Source: Clostridia bacterium
GTDB lineage: Bacteria > Bacillota > Clostridia > Christensenellales > CAG-138
Reading direction: 5' to 3'
Length of the DNA stretch: 64,000 nucleotides
NCBI GenBank assembly: GCA_017509785.1
Contig: JAFWOT010000027.1
Location: 2,598-66,597 of the forward strand
Part shown: in pieces, positions 44,728-53,436 of the stretch
Layout: every line of letters starts with the position of its first letter
Numbering within the stretch: the stretch's first letter is position 1
Translations under genes and position numbers: made by a program
Notes under the pieces: generated by a model
Seen by the model: the letters and a program-made list of their open reading frames with translations, nothing else
What the model was told of the DNA's origin: nothing
Databases searched by the model: none

Positions 44728-45317
44728 TGTACGCGCATATAAGAGGCATTGTCGATACCGTACTGCCCGACCGCTGCGTGATAGACGCGGGCGGAGTCGG
44801 CTACGAGCTCTTCTGCAGCTCGAACACTTTGAAAAAGCTCCTCCCCGGGAAGGAGGCGAAGCTCCTTGCGCATTTCCATCTCGCGCAGGACGCCGTCGCG
44901 CTCTACGGCTTCGCGGATGAAGCCGAGCGCGCTATGTTCAGGAAGCTCATCTCCGTTTCGAGGATCGGCCCGAAGGTGGCTTTGAACGTGCTCTCCGTCC
45001 TCTCGCCGGAGGACGTGGCGCTCGCTGTCGTCACCGATAACGCCGCCGCTTTCGACCGCGTCCAGGGCATGGGCAGGAAGACCGCCGCGAGGGTCATACT
45101 GGAGCTCAAGGAGAAGGTCGAAGCCGACTCCATGATCCCGGCGGGCAGGGCTGACGCCGCCGAAAGCGCCTCCGCCATCCGCACGGAGGCGATAGCCGCG
45201 CTCGTTTCCCTCGGCTACGACGGGGCTCTGGCGGGCAGGGTCGTCGCCGATCTTCCCGAGAAGAGCACAGTCGAGGAAATGATAAAATCAGCATTGAGGG
45301 AGATCTCCAAGAGATAA
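44727..45317 (+). CDS. ruvA: Holliday junction helicase subunit RuvA
   Basis: The in-frame part of ORF 44214..45317 starting at ATG 44727, which overlaps the ruvC stop (TAATG): MYAHIRGIVDTVLPDRCVIDAGGVGYELFCS, HhH motifs (GIGPKVALNVLS-like), and a C-terminal RuvB-binding domain. Confidence 0.92.
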   Translation: MYAHIRGIVDTVLPDRCVIDAGGVGYELFCSSNTLKKLLPGKEAKLLAHFHLAQDAVALYGFADEAERAMFRKLISVSRIGPKVALNVLSVLSPEDVALAVVTDNAAAFDRVQGMGRKTAARVILELKEKVEADSMIPAGRADAAESASAIRTEAIAALVSLGYDGALAGRVVADLPEKSTVEEMIKSALREISKR

Positions 45318-45320
45318 GCT

Positions 45321-46361
45321 ATGGAATTCGACGAAAGGATAATCTCCTCTTCCTTCCAGGAGGAGGACGAGAAAATAGAATACAGCCTGCGCCCGAAATT
45401 CCTCGCCGAGTACATCGGTCAGTCGGGCGTCAAGGAGCATATAGGCGTCTATATCAAGGCGGCGAAGCTTCGCGGGGAAGCGCTGGATCACGTGCTTCTC
45501 TACGGGCCTCCCGGCCTCGGAAAGACGACTCTCGCCTCCATCATCTCAAACGAGATGGGCGGCAAGCTCTCCGTGACGAGCGGCCCCGCCATCACCCACA
45601 GCCGCGACCTTGCGGCGATACTCTCCAACATAAACGAGGGGGACATACTCTTCATCGACGAGATACACAGGCTCAACGCCTCCGTCGAGGAGATACTCTA
45701 CCCCGCGATGGAGGATTTCGCCTACGATATCGTCATCGGCAAGGGTCCCGGCGCGAGGAGCATCCGCATGGATCTGCCGAAGTTCACGCTCGTCGGAGCG
45801 ACGACGAGGCTGGGGCTTTTGACCTCGCCCCTGCGCGACAGGTTCGGCATTAAGGAACAGCTCGAACTCTATTCGCCGGAGGATCTCAAGGAGATAATCG
45901 TGAGGAGCGCGGGCATACTCGGAGTCGAGATAACCGAGGACGGCGCGCTCGAGATCGCGTCGAGATCCCGCGGGACTCCCCGAGTCGCCAACAGGCTCTT
46001 AAAGCGCGTGCGCGATTTCGCGCAGGTCAAGGGCAGCGGCCTTATCGACTGCGAAACGGCGATGCGCGGGCTCGATATGCTGGGCGTGGACGAGCTGGGG
46101 CTTGACTCCGTCGACCGCCGAATGCTGGAAGCCATGATAGTCAAGTTCCGCGGGCGTCCCGTAGGACTCGACACGATAGCCGCCTCCACGGGCGAGGACG
46201 CGACCACCATCGAGGACGTATACGAGCCCTACCTCATGCAGCTGGGCTTTATCGCAAGGACGCCTCGCGGAAGGATACTCCTTCCCGGAGCTTACGAGCA
46301 CATGGGTTATCCCGTCCCCGCGGAGCAGTTGAACGATCAGCAATCTTTTTTCAATAAATAG
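45321..46361 (+). CDS. ruvB: Holliday junction helicase RuvB
   Basis: 346 aa: [12 protein letters not shown], Walker [10 protein letters not shown], Walker [20 protein letters not shown]. Confidence 0.95.
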   Translation: MEFDERIISSSFQEEDEKIEYSLRPKFLAEYIGQSGVKEHIGVYIKAAKLRGEALDHVLLYGPPGLGKTTLASIISNEMGGKLSVTSGPAITHSRDLAAILSNINEGDILFIDEIHRLNASVEEILYPAMEDFAYDIVIGKGPGARSIRMDLPKFTLVGATTRLGLLTSPLRDRFGIKEQLELYSPEDLKEIIVRSAGILGVEITEDGALEIASRSRGTPRVANRLLKRVRDFAQVKGSGLIDCETAMRGLDMLGVDELGLDSVDRRMLEAMIVKFRGRPVGLDTIAASTGEDATTIEDVYEPYLMQLGFIARTPRGRILLPGAYEHMGYPVPAEQLNDQQSFFNK

Positions 46362-46371
46362 GAGGTCCAGT

Positions 46372-47370
46372 ATGTTTGGTAAGAAGGCTAAGGAACTGCA
46401 GGAGCTTCTGACTCAGCGCAATTCCGAGAACGAGCTGATGAAGAAGCGGATCGCCGAGCTTGAGGCCGAAAACGAACGCCTCAGGGAGCAGGAGTCGCTC
46501 GTGCTTCGCGCAATAACCGAAGCCAACCGGACGGCGAACCGCATCGAACAGGAGGCGAACGACGAGCGCGACAAGCTCATCGCATCCGCCGAGGAGCAGG
46601 TGCGCGAGGCCGAGGAGAAGGCGAACGACGTCCTCACGAAGGCGGACGAGGAGGCGGCGGGCCTTAAGAAGGACGCCGACGATTATTCCGAGAACGTCCG
46701 TCTGGACGCGAACATCTACGTCGAGCGCACGATAATCGCCTCCCAGATGGAGGTCAACAAGCGCAAGGACGTGATGGCGCAGATGAACGATCTTTTGAGG
46801 AAGACGACAGATCACATCAACGAGCAGATGGCCTCCTTCAAGGAGCTGCTCGCCTCCGTCATCGAGGAGAACGAGGAGCAGACGCACGAGCTCTGCGCCG
46901 ATATCGAGAAGTGCAATTGCTCGTGCGAGGAGTGCGAGAACCCCTGCGCCGCGCAGAGCGCCTCCGCCGGCAAGCCCAAGAAGGGCGACGGCGAGGATGA
47001 AGGCGATGACGAAGGCGAAGACGGCGATGAGCCCGCGGAGGAGGCCGAAGCCGCACCCGCGGAGGAGCCCGCCGAGGCCGACGAGGGCGAGCAGCCCGCG
47101 GCGAAGCTCGGCGCGGACGAGCCGGAGGCCGAAGAGGGACCGGAGTTCGATCCCGTCGTGCTTCCCAACGAATACAGGAATCCCGCGGAGCTGATGAAGA
47201 ACATCTACTATCTTCAGAAGAGGGATATCCCCACGATCACAAGATCCGATTTCAGCGATCCCGTTCCCGAGGGCGGTCTCACCTTCCCCGACGAGCTCGG
47301 CGATGACGCGGAGCTTCCCCGCGACGAGAAGCTCGGAGAGCTCGTGACGGAGGTCATGCCCGCCTCATAA
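46372..47370 (+). CDS. Coiled-coil protein with a Cys cluster and an acidic low-complexity region; unknown function
   Basis: 332 aa. About 170 aa of heptad-rich sequence (DivIVA-like coiled coil but no DivIVA N-terminal motif), CADIEKCNCSCEECENPC, a Glu/Asp/Ala/Pro-rich stretch, then a conserved-looking C-terminus (NPAELMKNIYYLQKRDIPTI). Confidence 0.6.
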   Translation: MFGKKAKELQELLTQRNSENELMKKRIAELEAENERLREQESLVLRAITEANRTANRIEQEANDERDKLIASAEEQVREAEEKANDVLTKADEEAAGLKKDADDYSENVRLDANIYVERTIIASQMEVNKRKDVMAQMNDLLRKTTDHINEQMASFKELLASVIEENEEQTHELCADIEKCNCSCEECENPCAAQSASAGKPKKGDGEDEGDDEGEDGDEPAEEAEAAPAEEPAEADEGEQPAAKLGADEPEAEEGPEFDPVVLPNEYRNPAELMKNIYYLQKRDIPTITRSDFSDPVPEGGLTFPDELGDDAELPRDEKLGELVTEVMPAS

Positions 47371-47397
47371 CGCGGGAAGTATATAGTGCCCGTAAAG

Positions 47398-47426
47398 TTG
47401 ACACGGGGTATCGATAAGGTTATAAT
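47398..47426 (+). promoter_or_regulatory. Perfect-consensus SigA promoter of proS
   Basis: TTGACA (47398-47403), 17 nt, TATAAT (47421-47426). The roughly 75-nt leader contains an 8-bp hairpin (47444-47451 with 47462-47469) that has no U-run. Confidence 0.7.
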
Positions 47427-47505
47427 GCCGTTTGGCAGGAACACGGAGCCGTTTTGATAAGCGGCTCCGAATAAATGCAGAAAAGGAATCAGAGGTAAAT
47501 TGTTT

Positions 47506-49245
47506 ATGAAGGTCCGCAGCATACTCGGCGAAAGGTTCAAGGAGCGCGCGTTCGATATCGAGAGCCAGAATCTCATGACGCGCGGCGGTTATATTAAGCA
47601 GGTCGGCAACGGCATCTATTCGCTGTTCACGCCCGCAAAGCGCATTCAGAACAAGATAGAAGCCATCCTCCGCGAGGAGATGGACGCCATCGACGGACAG
47701 GAGGTGCTCTTCCCCGTCGTCATGCCCGCGACGCTCTGGCAGAGCTCCGGCAGGTTCGAGTCCATTGGCAAGGAACTCCTGCGCTTCAAGGACCGCAGCG
47801 GCGCCGATATGGTCCTCGGCATGACGCACGAGGAGGCTGCGGTGCAGCTTGCGATGAACGTCGCCGGCACGTACCAGAAGTACCCCTTCATGATCTATCA
47901 GATACAGACCAAATTCCGCGACGAGCCGAGGGCGAGGGGCGGCCTTATCCGCGTGCGCGAGTTCACCATGAAGGACGCCTACTCCTTCCACACCTCTCAG
48001 GAGGATCTCGAAAGGTATTACGAGCGCGCCTACCGCGCCTATGAACGCATCTACGCGAGGGCGGGCGTGCCCGAGGTCATCGCCGTCAAGTCCGATTCCG
48101 GCATGATGGGCGGCAAGGTCAGCCACGAGTTCATGCTGCTGACCGACATCGGCGAGGATTCCATCGTCACCTGCCCCGAGTGCGGCTTCCGCGCCAACAT
48201 GGAGGCCTGCGAGGCCATCACGGAAAACGAGGCCGACGCGGAGCTTCTTCCCATGACCGAGGTCTTCACGGGCGAAGCGCACACGATCGACGATGTCGGT
48301 CAGATGCTCGGTCTTCCCAACGAGAAGAGCTGCAAGGCCGTCGTCTACCAGAGGAATGCCGACGACAGCTACGTGCTCATATTCTGCCGCGGCGACCGCG
48401 AGATAAACGAGACGAAGCTCACGAATTATTTAAAGAGCGAGATCCACCCCGCCGTCGATATTGAAAACGCGAATCTCCATGCCGGCAATATCGGCCCCGT
48501 TGGGCTTACGACAACCGCGACGGTGCTCTTCGACCGCACGCTCGCGGGCGCGACGAACCTCGTATGCGGCGCGAACAAGCCCGAGTATCACTTCACGGGC
48601 TTTACCCCCGCGCGCGATCTGCCCGAGGGAACGGAGTTCATCGATCTTTCAAAGGCCGTCGAGGGCGGCGTATGCCCCAACTGCGGGAAGCACAGCCTGA
48701 AGATCAACCGCGGGATCGAGGTCGGCAACATATTCCAGCTCGGCAAGCGCTACACCGAGGCCATGGGCATGACCTATGACGACGAGAACGGCGCCCGCGT
48801 GAACCCGATAATGGGCTGCTACGGCATCGGCGTCGGCAGGCTCATCGCCTCCGTCTGCGAGGCGCATCACGATGATTACGGTCCCCTCTGGCCCATCACC
48901 ATCGCTCCCTGGCAGGTGGAGATCTGCGCCCTCCGCGCGAACGACGAGGCCGTAAAGGCCGCCGCCGACAAGCTCTATGAGGAGCTTCAGAACGCGGGCG
49001 TTGAGGTGCTCTATGACGACCGTCCCGTTTCCGCCGGATTCATGTTCTCCGACGCGGATCTGCTGGGCGCTCCCGTCAGGGTGGTCATCAGCCCGAAGAC
49101 CCTCTCCCGCGGGTGCTTTGAGCTCACCGCGAGGGATAAATCCTTCGGCGGCGACGTCGCGGTCGAAGAGGCGAAGGAAGCCGTCATCGCGAAGATCCGC
49201 GAGCTGACCGAAGCCGTCAACGCCAAGGTCCCCGAGAGGATGTAA
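47506..49245 (+). CDS. proS: Proline--tRNA ligase (bacterial type with INS editing domain)
   Basis: Track ORF 47500 (TTG) trimmed to ATG 47506. Class II aaRS motifs (FRDEPRARGGLIRVREF, GCYGIGVGRL), an inserted editing domain, and a C-terminal anticodon-binding domain. Confidence 0.93.
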   Translation: MKVRSILGERFKERAFDIESQNLMTRGGYIKQVGNGIYSLFTPAKRIQNKIEAILREEMDAIDGQEVLFPVVMPATLWQSSGRFESIGKELLRFKDRSGADMVLGMTHEEAAVQLAMNVAGTYQKYPFMIYQIQTKFRDEPRARGGLIRVREFTMKDAYSFHTSQEDLERYYERAYRAYERIYARAGVPEVIAVKSDSGMMGGKVSHEFMLLTDIGEDSIVTCPECGFRANMEACEAITENEADAELLPMTEVFTGEAHTIDDVGQMLGLPNEKSCKAVVYQRNADDSYVLIFCRGDREINETKLTNYLKSEIHPAVDIENANLHAGNIGPVGLTTTATVLFDRTLAGATNLVCGANKPEYHFTGFTPARDLPEGTEFIDLSKAVEGGVCPNCGKHSLKINRGIEVGNIFQLGKRYTEAMGMTYDDENGARVNPIMGCYGIGVGRLIASVCEAHHDDYGPLWPITIAPWQVEICALRANDEAVKAAADKLYEELQNAGVEVLYDDRPVSAGFMFSDADLLGAPVRVVISPKTLSRGCFELTARDKSFGGDVAVEEAKEAVIAKIRELTEAVNAKVPERM

Positions 49246-49258
49246 AACCGCATAAAGA

Positions 49259-49297
49259 ACGAGGCCCGGGGCGAACCCCGGGCCTCTTGTTTCTTTG
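49259..49297. terminator. Bidirectional rho-independent terminator between proS and the convergent lipoprotein gene
   Basis: 11-bp stem GAGGCCCGGGG, loop CGAA, CCCCGGGCCTC, flanked by AAAGAAC and TTGTTTCTTT. Confidence 0.85.
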
Positions 49298-49299
49298 GC

Positions 49300-49821
49300 T
49301 CATTTGCCTATGAAATCCGAAAACGCTTCCCTCGCGGCTTCGGCGTTCCCGCCGACGATGAGTACCGCGAAGCTTCCCTCGGTGAATATAACAGCGCCGT
49401 CCATTTCGGCGGCAAGCTCCGGCGCGTAAACGTCGTAGAGCGCCTTCCTGCTCTTCACGTGGGCGGAGAACGTATCCGCCGCGGTCTGCGCGTCAGCCTC
49501 GTCCTTCATGCGGATGACGACCGTCTCGTCGGCGCTCTTGCTGCCGTCGGCGGCGTAGAGCATGAAGAAGGAATCCACCTTTTCGTAGTCTGTCTCCGTA
49601 ACGTAGGCGAGCTCTTCAGCGGCGTTATCGTCGGAGGAGCTGACGTAGGCAAGCTCGCTTTCGGAGCCCCACGCGGAGCGCATCGCCTCCGAAAGATCGT
49701 ACATGCTGACGCTCGCCTGAGGCGCGGGCGTCGTCTCCGGGGCGGGCTGCTTTGCGCCGCAGCCCGTCAGAAGGGTCATTGCGGCAAGCGCCGCGGCAAA
49801 GATCGAAACCATCCTCTTCAT
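49300..49821 (-). CDS. Lipoprotein, DUF4358-like
   Basis: 173 aa with signal peptide and lipobox (LLTGC). The overall pattern (ETVVIRMKDEADAQTAADTF...YAPE...AVLIVGGNAE) resembles DUF4358 lipoproteins of Clostridia. Called from recognition only. Confidence 0.6.
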   Translation of the reverse strand: MKRMVSIFAAALAAMTLLTGCGAKQPAPETTPAPQASVSMYDLSEAMRSAWGSESELAYVSSSDDNAAEELAYVTETDYEKVDSFFMLYAADGSKSADETVVIRMKDEADAQTAADTFSAHVKSRKALYDVYAPELAAEMDGAVIFTEGSFAVLIVGGNAEAAREAFSDFIGK

Positions 49822-49822
49822 G

Positions 49823-50998
49823 TCAGCCTCCTATCTCTCCGAACCCGCCGCCGGAGCTGTAACCGTCGCTCTCGAAATAGATGTCGCCGAAGGCTTTTTC
49901 AAGCGAATCCTCTACCTTTTCGATCGACTTCTCGTCGAGATCCTCCGGGATATCCGATTCGTACTTCCTGCAGAACATGCAGAGCACGAGCCCGCCCTCG
50001 CTGTTCTGAGTCCAATAATATTCGAAGCTCATATCGTCGTATGTCATGTTGATGAGCTCCGCGACCCTCGTTATCATGTACATCGCGGCGGGATGATCCT
50101 CCTCCTTGAGATCCCCGAACGAGCAGGAGAAGCCTTCCTCCCCCGCCTTCAGCTTCCCGGCGACGAATTCGGGCAGGGCGTAGATATCGTCAAGCGCGAC
50201 GCTCTCGCGCACCATGCGGTTGTACTTCACGCCCGCAGCCTTGGGGAAGAACGCGGTGTTCCATTCGTGATCGTTCGACATGGCCGCGTCGTTAAGGTTG
50301 AAATGCCTGTATGTGGCGCCAGTGTCGAAATAGCAGTCGAGGTGATACCATTCCCCGTCCAGCTTCACGAGATCCCACGAATGCGAAAGGCTCGTATCGT
50401 GAACGACCATGCAGTCGATATCCATCATGTGCATGAGGAGGCGGAACGTCGTCGCGTAACCGACGCAGACCGCGGTGCGGTATTTCAGCACGCCGAAGGG
50501 CTCGCCGCTTTCGGCGGAGGAAGTGGGCACGACGGTGAGCATGCCCGTTTCGCCCTTGAGCTTTGTGGTGAGCCATACGTAGACGGCCTCCTCCTTCTCC
50601 TCGTCGGTCATGCCGTCCGTTATTATCTCGTCGATAAGGTCGCTCGCCATCTTGAGCGTCTCCTTCTGCTTATCGTCCAGGGCGGAGGTATCCCCGCTCT
50701 TGTAGGCTTCCGAAATGGCGCTCGTGTCCCTTATCCAATACTCCTGCGCGATGCAGACGTCGTTCTCCTGCGCGACGTCCTCCTGTGAGAAGGCGCTGCG
50801 CATCTCGTCGATGCTCTCCGAAACGAAGTCCTTCAGCTCGGTGTTCGAGGTCTCCGCGTCCTTCGCGGACTGCTCCACCGCCTGCCTGACCTCAGAAATG
50901 CCCCTGTATGCGAGAGCGCTTACGGCCGCGCTCCCCAAAGCCGCGGCAAGAATGACCGCCGCCGCGATAACAGCAAATATCTTGGTTGACTTTTTCAT
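49823..50998 (-). CDS. Membrane-anchored/secreted transglutaminase-like cysteine protease-fold protein
   Basis: ORF trimmed to ATG 50998 (RBS GGAGG). N-terminal TM/signal segment, and a transglutaminase core with a Cys-His-Asp pattern: YRTAVCVGYATTFRLLM ... SHSWDLVKLDGEWYHLDCYFD. Confidence 0.75.
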   Translation of the reverse strand: MKKSTKIFAVIAAAVILAAALGSAAVSALAYRGISEVRQAVEQSAKDAETSNTELKDFVSESIDEMRSAFSQEDVAQENDVCIAQEYWIRDTSAISEAYKSGDTSALDDKQKETLKMASDLIDEIITDGMTDEEKEEAVYVWLTTKLKGETGMLTVVPTSSAESGEPFGVLKYRTAVCVGYATTFRLLMHMMDIDCMVVHDTSLSHSWDLVKLDGEWYHLDCYFDTGATYRHFNLNDAAMSNDHEWNTAFFPKAAGVKYNRMVRESVALDDIYALPEFVAGKLKAGEEGFSCSFGDLKEEDHPAAMYMITRVAELINMTYDDMSFEYYWTQNSEGGLVLCMFCRKYESDIPEDLDEKSIEKVEDSLEKAFGDIYFESDGYSSGGGFGEIGG

Positions 50999-51044
50999 GG
51001 TTACCTCCACAACATTTTTACCCGTTTTTTCACACGGGAATGTA

Positions 51045-51073
51045 ATTATATTTCTGCGTCTCCCGTTTGTCAA
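51045..51073 (-). promoter_or_regulatory. Perfect-consensus SigA promoter for the transglutaminase-like/lipoprotein operon
   Basis: On the minus strand: TTGACA (51073-51068), 17 nt, TATAAT (51050-51045). Confidence 0.65.
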
Positions 51074-51191
51074 TATTAAAACGGCCCACAGGCAAAATAT
51101 CTTTTATTGTATACGCGGGAGAGCCGCCGGGCTATGACTCCGATCCCTTTCCGCGGCGCGCGTTCCGTTCTCAAAACGCCGGAATGGCGCG

Positions 51192-51225
51192 AAAAAAAGC
51201 GCCTTTGCCGGCAGACAAAAGACGC
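51192..51225 (-). terminator. Rho-independent terminator of the NUDIX/PPase-like cassette
   Basis: On the minus-strand RNA, an 8-bp stem (GCGUCUUU pairing with AAAGGCGC, one G-U pair) is followed by seven U (A 51192-51198 on plus). It shares GCAGACAAAAGA with the tRNA terminators. Confidence 0.6.
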
Positions 51226-51301
51226 TTTTTTGCCGTGATAAACGTGCCGAAGGATACCAAACCGCATACGAAAAAGCGAAAGGTACGCCGCAAACGGGAA
51301 G

Positions 51302-51649
51302 TTATCTGCGAATCATTATGCCTTTCATATACTTTGTTTCATTGTGTGTTTGATACACAACCGTTTTCTCTTCTTCATTGCAGCCGATCAGTATCTTGAT
51401 CTCCGAATCTTTCTTCATCAAATCAACGATACACATGACGGCGTCGACCTTTTTATCGCCGCTTCCGACCCATACGTCAATTCCCGCACCATCCATAGAG
51501 GAGGTATCTTTCAAATATCCATAGTCAACACGATAGATAAAATCGGGAAACCGGGGATGTGCGGAACCTTTCGGTCTGTCAATAACGATCTCCGAAGAGT
51601 TCACCAACTCATCCAGCGCATTCCAGAAATCTTCATTATATTCATTCAC
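51302..51649 (-). CDS. Minimal family-I inorganic pyrophosphatase-like protein (115 aa)
   Basis: GTG start 51649 with GGAGG 7 nt upstream. VIDRPKGSAHPRFPDFIYRVDYGYLKDTSSMDGAGIDVWV parallels the PPase core (YPxNYGxIPxTxxxDGDPxDVLV). Low G+C. Confidence 0.65.
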   Translation of the reverse strand: MNEYNEDFWNALDELVNSSEIVIDRPKGSAHPRFPDFIYRVDYGYLKDTSSMDGAGIDVWVGSGDKKVDAVMCIVDLMKKDSEIKILIGCNEEEKTVVYQTHNETKYMKGIMIRR

Positions 51650-51676
51650 TATATCACCTCCGCAAATGGGAATTTG

Positions 51677-52114
51677 TCACCCTTTAAGCAGGCGACAATT
51701 CAATTCATATAATGCGGTTTTATTGGAATCCCATGTCAGCCTCGATAGTGCATCATCGTAGGTCATCCACTCCAATCCAATATGCTCACTTGAAAGCACC
51801 ATCTCCGAATTACATTCAAAACCGAAAGTGTATTCTGGAATAACTATTGTATCAGGAGACCACAGATCTCTGTGCTTTTTTGAAATGACCTTGGCGGGAA
51901 TGTAGGCCATAGAAGTTAGTGGCAAGATATTTGCCGCTTTGACAGATGTCTCTTCGTAGATCTCTCTTGTTGCAGCTTCTATCGGTTTTTCGTCATCTTC
52001 GCCACCACCAGCCACAAACTGGTACTGGTCGATGTCTGAGCGGTGTAGAACACAATATTGCAAATGCGGTTTTAACCTATATGGAATTGCTAATATCTGA
52101 AATGGTGCTCTCAT
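51677..52114 (-). CDS. NUDIX hydrolase, NudB-like
   Basis: Track ORF (GTG 52129) trimmed to ATG 52114 (AAGGA RBS). NUDIX box GGGEDDEKPIEAATREIYEETSV. The overall layout parallels E. coli NudB, including the C-terminal EH..(Y/L)(K/E)W...A...L motif. Low G+C. Confidence 0.75.
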   Translation of the reverse strand: MRAPFQILAIPYRLKPHLQYCVLHRSDIDQYQFVAGGGEDDEKPIEAATREIYEETSVKAANILPLTSMAYIPAKVISKKHRDLWSPDTIVIPEYTFGFECNSEMVLSSEHIGLEWMTYDDALSRLTWDSNKTALYELNCRLLKG

Positions 52115-52150
52115 AGTAATTTCCTTCACAAACTCCGATTTCTCGAGATG

Positions 52151-52179
52151 ATTATACCATATTCAAACGAACAGAACAA
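52151..52179 (-). promoter_or_regulatory. SigA-type promoter of the NUDIX/PPase-like cassette
   Basis: On the minus strand: TTGTTC (52179-52174), 17 nt, TATAAT (52156-52151) with a TG extension (TGGTATAAT). Confidence 0.55.
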
Positions 52180-52180
52180 C

Positions 52181-52215
52181 AAGAAAACCTCTCTTGCCCT
52201 CGCAGACAAAAGAGG
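52181..52215 (-). terminator. Terminator hairpin downstream of tRNA-Arg
   Basis: Stem 52188-52196 pairs with 52207-52215 (one mismatch), followed on the minus strand by UUUUCUU. Nearly identical to the tRNA-Ala terminator at 1363-1396. Confidence 0.6.
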
Positions 52216-52219
52216 TTTC

Positions 52220-52296
52220 TGGCGCACCCGGCGGGACTCGAACCCACTGCCTTATGCTCCGGAGGCATACGCTCTATCCGGGTGAGCTACGGGTGC
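52220..52296 (-). tRNA. tRNA-Arg (anticodon CCG), CCA encoded
   Basis: Reverse complement GCACCCG-TA-GCTC-ACCCGGATA-GAGC-G-TATGC-CTCCGGA-GCATA-AGGCA-GTGGG-TTCGAGT-CCCGC-CGGGTGC-G-CCA folds by hand into a cloverleaf. Length 77 nt. Confidence 0.88.
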
Positions 52297-52445
52297 ATGC
52301 AAGGTATTATAGCACGGTTTCGCGCGTTTGGCAACCGAAAAAAACGGCGATCTTTCACGCGGGCTATTCCCCTTCATATACTTTTATGCTATAATCCTGT
52401 TGAATGATCGGAGTGCCCCGCATCACCGAATAAAAGGAGGAGCAT

Positions 52446-53387
52446 ATGAGCAGCATCGAAAAAGCCTCGTTTGAGGAGATACGCGGAGTTTTTGAGGAGG
52501 CTTACCGCATCGGCCTCGCTTCGACCCGCCTCGGCAAGGTGGCGGATTACATCCCCGAGCTCGCGAAGGCGAACGCGGATGATTTCGGCATCTGCATGAA
52601 GGACGCCGACGGGCGCGAGCTCTCGTTCGGCGAATGCGAAAAGCGCTTCTCGATGCAGTCGGTCTCAAAGGTGGTGCTGCTCGCCGCGGCGCTCGCGCAC
52701 TGCGGGTTTGAGGAGACCTTCTCCCACGTGATGATGGAGCCCTCCGGGGATTCGTTCAATTCGATATTGAAGCTCGATACGACGAGCAATCTGCCCTTCA
52801 ACCCGATGATAAACGCGGGCGCGATAGAGACGGCAAGCCTCATATCGGGGGATCTCTCCTTTGAGGATATGCTCGCCTATGCGCGGGAGCTCTGCGGCGA
52901 CCCCGGGATCGCGCTTGACGAGGCGGTCTTCGCAAGCGAATTCGAAACGGGCGACCGCAACCGCGCGATAGTCTACCTTTTAAAGAGCAAGGGCGTGCTG
53001 ATGGGCGAGCCGAAGCGCACGCTTGACCTGTATTTTAAAATGTGCTCGCTTTCCGTCAACGCGAGATCCCTCGCGCACATGGGGCTCGTGATAGCAAACG
53101 GCGGCATTGACCCCGCGACTGGCAGGCGGCTCATCTCGCCGGAGCACGTGCGCCCGCTGAAGGTCATAATGTTCACCTGCGGAATGTACGATTATTCAGG
53201 CAAATTCAGCGTGCGGGTCGGCGTGCCCGCGAAGAGCGGCGTGGGCGGCGGGCTCGTCTGCGCGGCAAAGGGCCCGATGGGGATAGGCCTCTACGGTCCC
53301 GCGCTCGATTCCTTCGGCAACAGCAAGGCGGCCGTCAAGGCCATGGAGCATATCTCGAAGGAGCTCGGGCTGCATTCGTTCGATTGA
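52446..53387 (+). CDS. glsA: Glutaminase A
   Basis: 313 aa: GKVADYIPELA, catalytic FSMQSVSKV, NPMINAGAI, and PAKSGVGGG. Confidence 0.92.
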   Translation: MSSIEKASFEEIRGVFEEAYRIGLASTRLGKVADYIPELAKANADDFGICMKDADGRELSFGECEKRFSMQSVSKVVLLAAALAHCGFEETFSHVMMEPSGDSFNSILKLDTTSNLPFNPMINAGAIETASLISGDLSFEDMLAYARELCGDPGIALDEAVFASEFETGDRNRAIVYLLKSKGVLMGEPKRTLDLYFKMCSLSVNARSLAHMGLVIANGGIDPATGRRLISPEHVRPLKVIMFTCGMYDYSGKFSVRVGVPAKSGVGGGLVCAAKGPMGIGLYGPALDSFGNSKAAVKAMEHISKELGLHSFD

Positions 53388-53394
53388 CGCGATA

Positions 53395-53436
53395 AACGGC
53401 CGGCGGCGCTGTAACAGCGCCGCCGATTTGTTTTAT
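53395..53436. terminator. Bidirectional rho-independent terminator between glsA and deoB
   Basis: 11-bp stem CGGCGGCGCTG, loop TAA, CAGCGCCGCCG, flanked by ATAAA and ATTTGTTTTA. Confidence 0.8.

Noticed and set aside
47427-47505. Possible T-box or attenuator leader upstream of proS
   Set aside because: The leader is only about 75 nt. I saw no specifier-loop or T-box (AGGGTGGNACCGCG-like) sequence. The single 8-bp hairpin (47444-47469) is not followed by a U-run, so there is no support for a riboswitch or attenuator.
51121-51150. tRNA-Arg 3'-half-like sequence (GCCGCCGGGCTATGACTCCGATCCC vs CCCGGCGGGACTCGAACCC) as a possible att-site remnant marking an island boundary
   Set aside because: The similarity needs two indels. 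The order relative to the terminator copy is also inverted: the remnant lies left of the terminator-like copy, whereas the real tRNA lies right of its terminator. A simple direct-repeat integration scar is therefore not supported, and the match is probably chance in GC-rich DNA.
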